Part shown: piece by piece, positions 49,817 to 61,944 of the stretch
How the letters are laid out: the number at the start of each line of letters is the position of its first letter
Numbering within the stretch: the first letter of the stretch is position 1
NCBI RefSeq assembly: GCF_006345805.1
Contig: NC_043021.1
Location: 24,614,001 to 24,678,000 of the forward strand
Reading direction: 5' to 3'
Source of the DNA: Octopus sinensis
Lineage: Eukaryota
Length of the DNA: 64,000 nt
The notes under the pieces: generated by a model
What the model was told of the DNA's origin: nothing
The model's input: only the letters and a program-made list of their open reading frames with translations
Databases searched by the model: none
Translations under genes and position numbers: made by a program

Positions 49817-50003
49817 CTGGCAGAATCGTTAGCACGCCGGGCGAAATGCGTAGCTGTATTTCGTCTGTCGTTACGTTCCGAGTTCAACTTTGCCTTTCAT
49901 CCTTTCGGGGTCGATAAATTAAGTACCAGTTACGAACTGGGGTCGATGTAATCGGTTTAATCTGTTTGTCTGTCCTTGTTTGTCCCCTCTGTGTTTAGTA
50001 AAG

Positions 50004-50007
<4 letters not shown>
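49817..50007 (+). mobile_element. SINE family A with small internal deletions
   Basis: CTGGCAGAATCGTTAGCACGCCGGG...CCTTTCATCCTTTCGGGGTCG. Confidence 0.85.
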
Positions 50008-50058
<51 letters not shown>

Positions 50059-51170
50059 GTGTGTGTGTATGTATGTATGAACATACACACATGGGCAGTC
50101 AGTCAGTCAGACAGACAGACAAACAGACAGAGACCAAATGGAAAAAAACAACGAAAGTTCGAATATTATTAGGGTGATGCTCAAAGAAAAAGTGTTATAG
50201 AATAAAAGTGTAACGTTTCGGACATAGTCTTTCATCGTATACTAGGGGAAAGTCCAAGGGAAAGACAAGGAAGAGAGGAAGGAAATAAGAAAGGAGAGAA
50301 GAAAGCCAGTAAAAAACGTAGGTTACTTTCACGTGCTCGCCCTCTGACTAACCGAATGCTTGAAAGGTAATAGATATCTGCAGGTTGTGACAAAAACATC
50401 TGCCACACTAGTTTTATAAAGATACCGTTATCATCAGCCTAACTTCACTAGCGCCACAGCACTGGCTGTGTAAAATATGGTAAACTATTGATTTGGTGCT
50501 AGTGAAGTTACGCAGCTGGTAACAGTATCTCTATGTAGCTAATGTACGGGTGTTTTGCAGCAAACTGTATGAGTATATGTATGTGCGAGTATGTGTTTAT
50601 GTATATATGTATGTTTGTGTACATACATACATATCTACAACAAATTAATAAGAATGAATAACAGCGGTTCAATCCGTGTCACATATGTTTCGGTAGCACA
50701 GTATTTTATTGATTATAGGAGTATTACATCACACGTCTTCACACAACTTGAACTGCCGAGGTAAAGAGATCGATCGCAATCTATTCCTGCTACCGCGGCA
50801 GTTTAGTTGCATAAAGGCATGGCAGGCATTTCAAATTATGTAATATACGCATAATCGACAAACTAGCCTGCTGCTGAAACAAATGTTGCACGCACTGAAC
50901 TGGTGTCATCCATTTTTATAATCTTGTTCTCAACATTGACTGCATGCTATATGCAATTAATGTTACCACCAGGATTGGAATTCTGAAATACCAGCTATCT
51001 TTTCAGAATTGTTCCAAATGTTTTAGTGGTAAAATGGAATAATGCTAATTGATCGATAAACTAATTCATTTATTACTATTCCCTCAGATTATTCTAATAA
51101 CCAATCACCTGATGGAAACCATTGAGCTAGTGACCATGATCGAGATAATCCTAACGAACCGATATGTATA

Positions 51171-51231
<61 letters not shown>

Positions 51232-51314
51232 GTACATACATACATGCATGCATGCATTCATACATGCATACATACATACATACACACACATACATACATA
51301 CATACATACATACA

Positions 51315-51345
<31 letters not shown>

Positions 51346-51559
51346 CGTATTTTTTGTCCTGTCTTTCTGAAAAGTTTCAAATACGTATTGCATTGCTTCT
51401 GTTTACTTCTCGTTACGATTCCTTTTTCTTTCAATGAAAAATTTGTTTCAACAATGGCAGCCCCAAAGATTAAATATTTTTAATGAATGTGTAAAGTGCA
51501 ATGAAGGCGAAATCACGTGGTTAAGAAGTTCCGGTTCTTCTAAGGCGGGTTTCTAGGCT

Positions 51560-52240
51560 GGGTTCCAGAGATACCGGGGCAAACAATGGGACAGACTATA
51601 GGGAATTTGTGATAAAGCAAACGGAGTGAATACGTGATACGAGACGGATAAATATCAAGGGATGCTGTTTGTAGGGGCGATGCTGCAATGGGAGTTAAGC
51701 AGCGAATTTCGGAAGGCTCTGAAGGACACCAAACTCAACACTAAGGCCGTTGGAAAACCAGAGAGGTCCATTAGATCTCAATTATGTAAGACGTACCCTT
51801 TTGACAAAACCACATGTACTGATAGGGACTGTGTAGGATGTACCTTTAAACCCAGTATTAATTGTTAGACCAGAACTGTGGGGTACAGCATAAAGCGCAT
51901 GGAGCGGGGGGCTGTAAGAACAGGAATGCAACATACTTTTGGGGAGACGTCTGGGAGCCTAGCGGAGAGACTAAATGGACGTTGTCGGAAATATAATGAC
52001 AAGAAACCGTCGTCTATATTCTGTCAGCATTTTAGAGATCGACATGGCGGCATGCTGAGCCGAATTAACATCGACATTATGTCTAAACATTCATGAGAGA
52101 TATCAGAGAGATAAATATGTGAAATGGTTCTTAGAAATGAGACATTACCGATATTTAATAGAAAATATACAGAGGAGGTAACAGAAGCTGAAGGCTGCTG
52201 CTACCACCCACGCAACACGGATGCGTCCGTGTGAGTAGGT
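51560..52240 (+). mobile_element. Penelope-like element GIY-YIG endonuclease relic
   Basis: C-x4-C-x2-C...INC*TRTVGYSI...TFGETSGSLAERL...QH resembles the PLE pattern VVY.I.C...YIGET.RSL.ER..EH. Confidence 0.65.
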
Positions 52241-52380
52241 AGGATGTATGTGATGGCATTGGCAAGTATAAAAGGGTTAGGGTTCGAACGACAGCGGAAT
52301 GCATGTAACCTATGCAAAGAAATGCATGTAAATATGTACAATTCCAACAGCTATGAAGAATTCATTTGTGTATCTCTCGA

Positions 52381-52575
52381 TGTGTTTGTCCCCCTAGCAT
52401 TGCTTGACAACCGATGCTGGTGTGTTTATGTCCCCGTCACTTAGCGATTCGGCAAAAGAGACCGATAGAATAAGTACTGGGCTTACAAAGAATAAGTCCC
52501 GGGGTCGAGTTGCTCGATTAAAGGCGGTGCTCCAGCATGGCCGCAGTCAAATGACTGAAACCAAAAAAAAGAGAG
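52381..52575 (+). mobile_element. SINE family B 3' module
   Basis: Nearly identical to 35830-36020. Confidence 0.9.
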
Positions 52576-52892
52576 AAATATATATATGTATATACACATA
52601 TATACATTATATATACATACATATATACATACATATATACATACATATATATATATGTAGAAATATATATACACACACACATTATTAACATCCCTTAAAG
52701 TAATAATGTATTTTAAAAAGTTAAAAAATTATATACTTTATTTATTTTATTTATTTTTATTTTATCTAGTTTCAGCTCACGAGCTGTGGCCATGCTGGGG
52801 CACCGCCATTTGGTGTTGCTACATGATTTTACTTCCCGAATGCTTTTTAGCAACTGCCATTTGGTGCATGAGAGAGTTCGACGCAGCTGCCC

Positions 52893-55734
52893 TCATCTGC
52901 ACCTCCTGCCGTGAAGTTGGTTCATCCGGGACACCGGACACCGGACACCATGCAGGTCCCTCAGGTTCTTCGGGAGGATATTGAAGAGCTGTGGGCCTCT
53001 GAAGCCCAGGCTATCACAGTATCTTGTCCTACATCTTGATGGCAAATTTGGAGTCCTTGGCACCACGCAGTGGCGCCCAGTTCTGGCATTTGTGTAACTC
53101 TCGATGCCAAAGTTTGGGACAAGTCCTTCCAGGATCTTCCAGATGTATATTATGGCATATCTTTCTCGCCTACGCTCCAAGGAATAGAGTTTTAATCTCT
53201 TGAGTCTTTCCCAGTAGCTTATATGCTGCACAGAGGCTATCTTCTTCGTGTAGCTTCGTTGGATCGCCTCAAGTTCTGTGATCAACTTGACACTGGATGG
53301 TGACCATAGCTGAGAGCAATAGTCAAAGTGGCTTAGGACAAGTGTCCTCCAGAGGACCATCATGGTTTCTTGGTCTCTTGTTCTAAAGGTTCTAAGAATC
53401 CATCCGGCCAGCCGTCTACATTTCATTGCCAATTTAGCAACATGTACATGAAAGGTTGCATCATCACTCATGTAAATACCCAGGTCACGCACTGATTGTG
53501 CCTCTGGGATTGCAATCCCTCCAGGTCCAGTGTATTTATTGGGTATTGCATTTAGTTTTGCATGCTGATAGCATAAAGCTTGAAACTTTTCAGCATTGAA
53601 CTGCATGCTATTCTTTTCAGCCCACTTGTATATTTTGTCCAGCTCACATTGCAGGTGCTTAGTGTCTTCAGGGTTCTGTATTGCCTGTGAAACTTTTGTA
53701 TCATCTGCATAACTTGTGATCGTGGCTCTCTGCGTGCTGAGGGCATGTCTGAGAGGGCCATTATGAACAGTAGTGGTCCCAAAACAGTGCCCTGCGGAAC
53801 ACATATACAAACATGCATATTGGCTACTACCACCTGACTTCTATCCTTCAGAAAGTCATGACGCCATTCTCCCAATTTTCCAACTATGCCAAGATCACGG
53901 AGTTTGTGACATATCATTCCATGATCGACTTTATCAAAGGCCTTTGCAAAGTCGAGATATATCACTTCCACATTTGAGTGGTTGAGCAGTCGTTTCAGCA
54001 CCCAGTCATAGTGTTGTAGGAGCTGAGTTAAGCAGCTTCTTCCTGGTCGGAAACCATGTTGGGTGTCAGGCAGCAAGTCATTTTCTTCAAGGAAGGTGAT
54101 TAGTTTCCTTCTGACTATTCGTTCCATGACCTTGCTGATGTGTGAGGTCAGAGAGATAGGTCTGTAGTTCTTGGCCTCCGCTCTGCTACCTCCTTTATCA
54201 ATAGGGCATATTTTACCTTCCTTCAGTTTTCTTGGAAGTTTGCTAGTTGCAAGGAAGCTCTGAAAGAGGAACTGCAGTGGTCTTGCTAGGACTCTCTTAC
54301 ATACTTTTAGGATTACCGGGAATCCATCGGGGCCAGTAGCTGAGTTTGTTTTCATTTCATCTATAGCTTTTATTACATCGTCTTCCTTTATATTGATGTA
54401 ATCAATCATCGCTGCCTCTGATTTTATATCTGCAGTGGTAAAGAAGTCAGTTGGATTGCTGATTTGGAAATGCCCAAGGGGTGGAGTGAAAACACTCTTG
54501 AATTGCTCATTTAGTATTTCACTTACCCTCATTGGATTTCCTGTGAGTGTGCCATCCTTTTCAAGGAGTGGCCCTATCCTACAGTGCACCGTAGCTGTCT
54601 CTTTGGCATACCTGAAGAAAGCTCTGGGGTTAGATTTTATGTTGTCTATTGCCCAGGCTTCTTTGTCTGCTCTTTCCTTTTCATGGGAGAGTTGTAGACA
54701 TTTTTCAATTTCCAACAGTTTTATTTTCAGGCGGGACTTTTCACTGCTTTCAATTTGTTTGTTTAGGCGATTTGAAACTTTTGTACGCCGTCTCATTAGA
54801 ATTTTCCTCTCTCTGGGGATTTTGTTCTTGTGTATAGTGGCCTTTCTCTCTGGGACACATTTGTAGCATATGGCTTGCATTACAGACATGAATTGTTGAA
54901 GTTTCATGTCGATGTCTGGCGAGGAGAGACATTCAGGCCAGTTTTGTTTGAGGATCTCTTTCTCAATTTGTTTCCAGTTTGCCTTATGGAAGTTCAAGCA
55001 GAAAAGATTCTGAGAGTTTCTTGTAGGCTGCATGTCCATGCTTTCCTTTGGCCCGTACATGGTCAGCTCTACCATGTTGTGATCCGAGAGTAGTGTCGGT
55101 ATCACTTTCACATTATGGATGAGATCCATATCATTTGTGAAGCAGAGATCCAGTATGTTACCTGCCCTGGTTGGTTGGAGTATTACTTGCTCCATGTACA
55201 GGGTGTTGATGAGGTTCAGGAGGGACCTCGCCTGTCCTCGTTCACATCGTGTCATTCCTGGGAGAGAAAGGCCCTCGGGCCATCTGACATTGGGTAGATT
55301 GAAGTCTCCCATAAGAGATACACTTATGTGTTGTTCTAATGTGACTAGAACTTCTATTTTTATAGGCAGTCTTCAAACTTGCCTACATGGCTTGCGGCAT
55401 CTGGAGGGCGATATGTAGCACACACAACTACACCAAGTTGCCTTATATGTACAATTAGTGTGTCACACACCGAGTTTGAGTATGACAAAAGGACCTGGGG
55501 TGTGAGGTCTCCACGGATGTACATAGCAACTCCTCCATGACTCCTTTCTTTTCTGTCGGTCCGTAGTACAACATACTGTGGTATATGTAATTCCGCATCT
55601 GCTATGTCCGGTTTCAGGTGTCTTTCCGTAAGTGCTATGCATAAGGCTTGATTACATGCAACAAAGTCTCTCAAGAACGGGATTTTTGTCATGTTACTGT
55701 GTGTTAGCAGCCCTCTGATGTTCAGTAGGAGCAT
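52893..55734 (-). pseudogene. LINE ORF2 (endonuclease/reverse transcriptase), disrupted
   Basis: Three ORF segments (55360-55734, 53552-55312, 52893-53810) separated by frameshifts and small deletions. Confidence 0.9.
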
Positions 55735-56657
55735 TGAGGTGAGGTGTATGCTGTTGCCGGCGGTGTCCACCTTGGGTCTATTTGCTGTGGCGGTCTTGTG
55801 TATTGTGGATGATCCCATCTGCGAGTTTGAGTTTGATGGAGCCAGGTTAGCTGCTGTACAATCTTTTGTGCCATGCACAAAAAAGATTCTTGTTCAGCAG
55901 TTGCCCTTTCAATAACATGCTGGCGGTTTGTATCGCGCACCACATCTGCGTACCTCCCTTTTGGGGCAGGTGGTGCGTGGTCCATTCCTTTTCCTTTTGG
56001 TAGTTGGTTTCTGACCTGTTTCGAGTTTATGTGGCAGGGTCTTCGATGTGCAAAACGGCAGTCTGCACCTTCATCTCCATGCCAGCAGACACCTTTCATG
56101 TAGAATTTACATATTCGTGTGCTCTGTCTGTTTCTATCCTTTTTGGTACATGGATAGTCAGGTTTGCTTCTATCCTTGGCTGTTTCATCTTTTGGTTTTG
56201 TTTGAGTTTTAGTTTTTCCTTCTTTGGCTGTTTCCTCTTTTGTTCTTTTTGTTTTTCCTCCTTTTATTTCTTTTTTGGCTCTTTCATCTCCATGGCTTTT
56301 GATGCTGGTAGGAGCACTTACACTTGGGTTTACTTCCCGGGCAGGTTTCTCACTTGAATCTTCTTCCTGGGTGTTTACCAAGTGGGGGTGACATCTTTCA
56401 TCAGCACCCGCGCCTTCATCCTTGCCATCTTTACTTTGTTCGTTGTCAAAGATGGCATCAAGCGTGCCAATATGAGATCTTATGAGTGCATAGGAGCGTA
56501 TAAACTCCTGCTTTTTTCGCTCTATCTGCGCTATCGTTCTTTTATATCCACTGCTCTTCAGCGCAGCTGTAATTATGTTGTTCGGATTATCTCCGTCGGC
56601 GTATCGCCAGGCTCTCAGAAACAACGCCAATTCGTTACTTTTCCAGGTTCTGGACAT
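55722..56657 (-). CDS. LINE ORF1 protein: N-terminal Myb/SANT (trihelix)-like helices plus CCCH zinc finger
   Basis: Intact 311-aa ORF; W-x4-E...W...I..AL..SGY.RT..Q...K pattern; CKFYMKGVCWHGDEGADCRFAH. Confidence 0.75.
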   Translation of the reverse strand: MSRTWKSNELALFLRAWRYADGDNPNNIITAALKSSGYKRTIAQIERKKQEFIRSYALIRSHIGTLDAIFDNEQSKDGKDEGAGADERCHPHLVNTQEEDSSEKPAREVNPSVSAPTSIKSHGDERAKKEIKGGKTKRTKEETAKEGKTKTQTKPKDETAKDRSKPDYPCTKKDRNRQSTRICKFYMKGVCWHGDEGADCRFAHRRPCHINSKQVRNQLPKGKGMDHAPPAPKGRYADVVRDTNRQHVIERATAEQESFLCMAQKIVQQLTWLHQTQTRRWDHPQYTRPPQQIDPRWTPPATAYTSPQCSY

Positions 56658-56920
56658 TTTTGATATTTTATTTATTTATCTATCTAATTATATTAATTTA
56701 ATAGTGCGATAGAGGGTAGAGAAGAAATAGAGAAAGAAAGTGTCTATGTATTTAAAGAGAGATTGAGAGCTGAAAGAAGAAGAGAGTAATGATGAGACAA
56801 GGAAAGGCGTGAGGGAGAGAAGTGAAGAGACAAAGAGAGAAAGAAGAAATAGAAAATGAATATATATCTGTCCGTAGCTACAATTTCTTCTAAACTAAAC
56901 TAATTGCGACTATACTTCTA

Positions 56921-56979
<59 letters not shown>

Positions 56980-57607
56980 TATGCACATACACATATATAA
57001 ACAAAGTAACAAATAAATATATAAATAAATAGATGTAACGGAGCTAAAACAGAAACCGAAAGATTATTACAGAATGTAAACAGAGAATAGGCCCTTACAT
57101 TGAATTACGGGAAAATAAATAAATGAAAAGGGGTACTTATCTTATAAGAGGTAGAAGTCCCAAAATCTTCTCCCTATACGAAGAGGTTTTTTTCAAAAAA
57201 AGAAAAGAAAAACGGTTCTTTTTGCTGTTAGAGTCGACTGGAAATAAATCTAAAAGATGTCACCACGTGCTTTTTTCGACGGGGAATCTGGCATGCGTAA
57301 TTAAATTTAGTGTTTTATATTTGGCTTGTAGCGAAATATATTGCGGTTTTTAACCAAAATATCGTAGTACACCACTATGAGATAGCAAGTTCTACTTTTT
57401 TATGAGTTTTCGCCGATTATTTCGTCGATTTATGCAAAGTTTTTTGTTTTTTTTATCACAGAGCAAAGCAACACGTCTTTACTCTACGAAAACCGGAAGT
57501 ATATATTATATTAATTTTTTACCTTAATTGGTTTTACACGCTGGCTACTTGATAAAACCTTATATAGATTTTATCCTTATATTTAATTGATATATATATA
57601 TAAAACG

Positions 57608-57856
57608 CTGTGAGCGGATTTGGTTAGATGGAAACTGGAAGAAGCCCTTTATGTGTCTGTCTGTGTGTCGCCGCTTGATGACAAGTTGTTGGTTTGTTGA
57701 CATCCTCATAACTTAGCGGCGCCGCATAACAGACCGACAAAATAAGTACCAGGCTTCAAAACAAAACAAAAAACCCGATTCGTTCGACTAAAACTCTCCA
57801 AGATGGTGCCCCAGCATGGCCACAGTCTAATTACTGAAACAAATAAAGTATAAAAT
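57608..57856 (+). mobile_element. Old, diverged SINE family B copy
   Basis: GGATTTGGTTAGATGGAAACTGGAAGAAGCCC...GGTGCCCCAGCATGGCCACAG. Confidence 0.75.
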
Positions 57857-57871
57857 ATATATTACACAAGA

Positions 57872-58478
57872 CAGAATGTTCGGACTAAATTTGACAGTTT
57901 GCATAAAATGAAAAGAAAACACAGGAACCCATCCAAAAATATCCACAAGATTATGGCCGGGAGATAAGAGTTGCCACCCTCAGCTTCCACATCGGCCTCA
58001 AGACGGCTCCTCCAGAACTTGGCACATGCATTCCTAACTGTGTCCTTGGGAACATCTTGGCCATCAGCCCGACCTTGGTGTCACAGGCAGAGCAGTTGGT
58101 GTCTTTCTCAACCATGTCCCATACAGTAATCCATGGGATTTCAATCAGGAGAATTAGGAGGCCAGAAATTAGGGGCTGGTGGTGAAGTCGAAGACATTCT
58201 CTGACAACCACTTCTGACTCTTTCCGGTGGGATGGTAAGGAGCCAAGTCCTGGTGCCACACATATGGCCTTCCGGTAATAACTCTCTCCAGCCATGATAC
58301 AGGTAACTCTTTTCCAATATTCAGATGGCTTCCAGTCTACCTGGTCAGCTGACTTTTTCTCAACTACATCTTTAACCTTTATGCTCTCCAACGCCGTTGA
58401 CTTTTTGCCAATACGTCGAGCTGTTTCTAAAAAAAAAAGAGACTCAAAAAAATCGTCAAATTTATACCGAACACCCTG
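57872..58478 (-). mobile_element. Internally deleted maT-type Tc1/mariner element
   Basis: TIRs CAGAATGTTCGGACTAAATTTGAC / GTCAAATTTATACCGAACACCCTG; FWPPNSPD*NPMDY, VWDMVEKDTN remnants. Confidence 0.8.
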
Positions 58479-58984
58479 TATATTGATGGAGTTGTGCAAC
58501 TGAAACCTTAATTGCTAAAGTTTATTTTTTAGGGAAATTTCTTAATTGTTTTCCCTTGCTGATTCCCTTGCTGTCCTATGGAAGACAATAGTTTCAAATA
58601 GTTATCAGTTTGAAATCTCTAAGTAGCAAGACCCCAGCTGAAATTTGAACCCTTGCTCTTGAATTTTGCCAAAATAGAACCATGAACCAATGTAATTCCA
58701 TAAATGGTGTTAACACCGATGTGAATATGGCCGAACCAAACAGCACTAATGATTTATCAAGGTGGAAGAGGCAGACTTGGAAAGAAGAATGCGAAATGGA
58801 AACTGCTTTACAAAAGCTAACAAATTCAACCACAGCCCCGAAAGCGCTGAGGAGGATTCTGTGCCGTTGGTTGAAGTGAGTCGTTCTGTCTGTGAGTCTT
58901 TTTTTCTAACAAGTAATGCACAGTCACTAGATACAATGGTTTAAATTCTTTGTACTTCTTTCAAATTTTACTCTGAAAGTTATA

Positions 58985-59205
58985 CGACAGGGTGCTGAAA
59001 AGTTCCAGGTTTTAAGGGTATCAAAAAAAGGCCTGGTTGGAGGCCCAACCTTCCGAATTCTTTTGCAGGGCTTAAAAAAACTGAAGGACCACTGCAATAA
59101 GATAGTGAATCTGAGAGGGGAATGTGTTGAATAAAATCATAATTAACTGATCCTGCTGTGTTTTCTTTTATCCAAAACTAGGAACATTTCAGCCCCACCC
59201 CCTCG
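58985..59205 (+). mobile_element. mariner-derived MITE
   Basis: TA-flanked TIR-like ends CGACAGGGTGCTGAAAAGTTCC / GGAACATTTCAGCCCCACCCCCTCG; internal remnant of a mariner C-terminus (NLRGECVE*). Confidence 0.75.
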
Positions 59206-59352
59206 TATACAGAGGATTTTTAATTTTAGTGTTCCAATGAAGTAATCCATTTATTATTATAATGATGTAGATTAATGAAATATTTGGAAACTCAAAGTTT
59301 ACTCTACCTGTATGTCAGTCCATCCATTTATATTATATATATATGTATATAT

Positions 59353-59648
59353 ACCTACCTCGAGTCAAAACCTGGCTCATAAGGGCCGATTGCCCAGTTT
59401 CACTGGCGTATAGGTTCCCCAGCTGGCTGGGACGCCGGTCTGTTGCAGGTGAGCTGCTAGATGCAGGAGGAAAAAGTGGGAGAAAGTTGTGGCGAAAGAG
59501 TCAGCAGAAGTTGACCGTTACCTTCTGCCAGAGCCGCGTGGAGCTAAGGTGTTTCGCTCATAAACACACACATCGCACGGTCTGGGATTTGAACCCGCGA
59601 TCCCTCGACCATGAGTCTGCTGTGCAAACGAGTAGGCCATGTGCTTCC
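59353..59648 (-). mobile_element. SINE family D head with a third tail type
   Basis: Minus-strand GGTTCAAATCCCAGACCG...TTATGAGCGAAACACCTTAGCTCCACGCGGCTC; tail unlike 21853 or 31491. Confidence 0.75.
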
Positions 59649-60347
59649 ACACATACCTATATATATGCATGCATACCTACATGCATCCACCTATGTATAT
59701 ATACTTACCTATACCTGTATGCATCTACATATATATATATATATACTTATATATACACATACCTACCTATATATGTGTGTGTGTGTGTGTATTATAATTA
59801 AGTATATGAGTTAGAGGTTAGACAACCATCTAAGGGATAATAAATATCCAATATACTACTGGATGTATACCTATGTATCTATATAACAAAAGTTTACCCA
59901 GAGTTTATAAGGAAGAAAATGGAGAAGATAATTAATTGACAAACATCAGCTAGATCTATTGATTGATTACAATTATATAAATAAATAAATAAATGAGTGA
60001 ATATAACTCTACCCTTACAGCTGTTTCTTCTTTGGGGGTCCAGTGTGCCAAAGTTGACACATCATGCCAAGATTAGACAAGCATTGTACAAAAATGAAAC
60101 AGAAATTGGACAAAAATTGAACCCCAAAGCTTCGTCAGAGTCCATAATGACAAGGATTAAACAAGTAAAAAAGTAAAATAAAATAATAAAAATACTAAAG
60201 AATAGTAAAAAGTAAAATCCAAGATAATATCCAGAGGTTGTGAGATTACATCTTATTTCAATCTGATAGTCTATCCCCCATTGGATTGGAAGCTGATGTT
60301 TGTCAATTATCTTCTCCATTTTCTTCCTTGCTTTATATATATATCTA

Positions 60348-60752
60348 CACTAGCAGTATCGCCCGGCGTTGCTCGGGTTTGTAAGGGAAATAACTATATA
60401 AGCATTTTTAGAGAGTTATAGCCAAAAAGTAGCAAAAAGGTGCATTAAAAATGGGAAAAAAATTATGGTAAATTTTTTTTAAATCGTTGACTCGTCATAG
60501 ACATTTTTAGAGAGTTACTTCCCTTATATGATAGCGTAAAAAATGCATTAAAATGGAAAAAAATGATGGTAAATTCTTTTTTAAATCGTAGACTCATTGT
60601 AGACGCACGCTAATACCCAGAAGGGCTCGATATGAATCACGACTATAAGATACCCGGTTTTGGTTAAACTGCACCGCAAAATGTGGGAGTAGTTAGGAAT
60701 CTAAATCGTAGGAGACAGACACTCACACAACTTCACTTTTATATATAAAGAT
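60348..60752 (+). mobile_element. Helitron/Helentron-type non-autonomous element (HINE/Lep1-like)
   Basis: 5' CACTAGCAGTATCGCCCGGCGTTGCTCGGG stem; 3' CACACAACTTCACTTTTATATATAAAGAT; TA-rich flanks; same architecture as 31873. Confidence 0.65.
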
Positions 60753-61663
60753 ATATATATATATATAAAATATGAATTAGAGATAAAACCACTATGAGGC
60801 AACTCAAACAGTGATAGACATAAACCAATACATAAATAACAAATAATATTATCTCTAATTCATATTTTCTATATTTATACTGTGAAATTTTATTTAATCC
60901 TCAATCTTATTTTTCCCTGTAAGTTTGGAGTCACACTCCCTATTATTATTATTATGATATATATATAATCCCTTCAAATAACAGTTGAATTTTCAACTCC
61001 AAAGTTTTTGAGTATCGTTTGTGTTCAATCCGTGGCATCCCATATCTAGGTTGGCCTACGTTGGCGCGACTGTCATATCCATGATTGATCCCAATTTTTG
61101 CCAATTCTTTTTTGGACTTTGTCTTTTTTATTGAACTTTAAATAATTTTCTTGCTATAAGGACCAGTATTTTATAAGAGTCTAGCAAATATTTATAATCC
61201 TCTTTATGCGGTGTGTGTGACAGTGCTTACACAACAATAGCGTCGGGTAAATGCTTGATTAGTTCAAATTCTTAAAATTCAGCCCCTTGATCAGAGTAAG
61301 ATTATCCAGAAGCAGGTGAGTCGACTAGAAAAGATTGAGCAAACATCAATAGAGATGTATAAACATGTGTATAGATAATATAGAGATGTTATTACCTAAT
61401 TTCACATTCTATAACATCTTTACATCTGTTTCGATACATTCTGTGAAATGGCCATATTAACAGAGATATTTCAGTTGGTCTAAAAACATTATAAGGCAAT
61501 ATTACTAAAAAAAAAACCAAAAGTATCATGATTCATGTATGCTTGCTTGTACCCTTTCGAGAAATATTACCAAATAATGTTTGCACCAAATTGCATAATA
61601 TCCATATTCACATCAACAATTCACATGATACAGCGAAACACCTGTAACCATTTATATATATAT

Positions 61664-61705
<42 letters not shown>

Positions 61706-61944
61706 GTGTGTGTGCACACGTGTCTTTACACTAACATTCAGGTAAAGGTGAGAGTGTTGATGTCACTCAGGTACAAAAAGCCTGATGTTATTTCATCTAA
61801 AGTCATGAAGTAACATTCCTTATTCAAAACACAAACCTCCACAGAATACAACCCAAGTAAATTTTGTTCTAACTCCTTAGAAGTATTGGAGAATTGGATG
61901 TTAAAATGATGATGATGATGAGGAGGAGGATGACGTAACATGGT

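Larger units (their letters stand above)
52738..56920 (-). mobile_element. Near full-length CR1-type LINE (about 4.2 kb): ORF1 plus frameshifted ORF2 (APE-RT)
   Basis: ORF1 55722-56657; APE motifs LLLNIRG, ALTE, GGVAMY, YRPP, GDFN, LDL, SDH; RT motifs YRPISLTS, QHGFR, YLDFAKAFD, VPQG, YADD; (TAAAA)n tail. The 5' boundary is approximate. Confidence 0.92.

Noticed and set aside
52925-52950. Triple GGACACC repeat as a functional motif
   Set aside because: Best explained as a microhomology scar at an internal deletion in the LINE 3' region.
57951-58499. 182-aa ORF as a host gene
   Set aside because: It lies between maT TIRs and is a frame-mixed transposase remnant.
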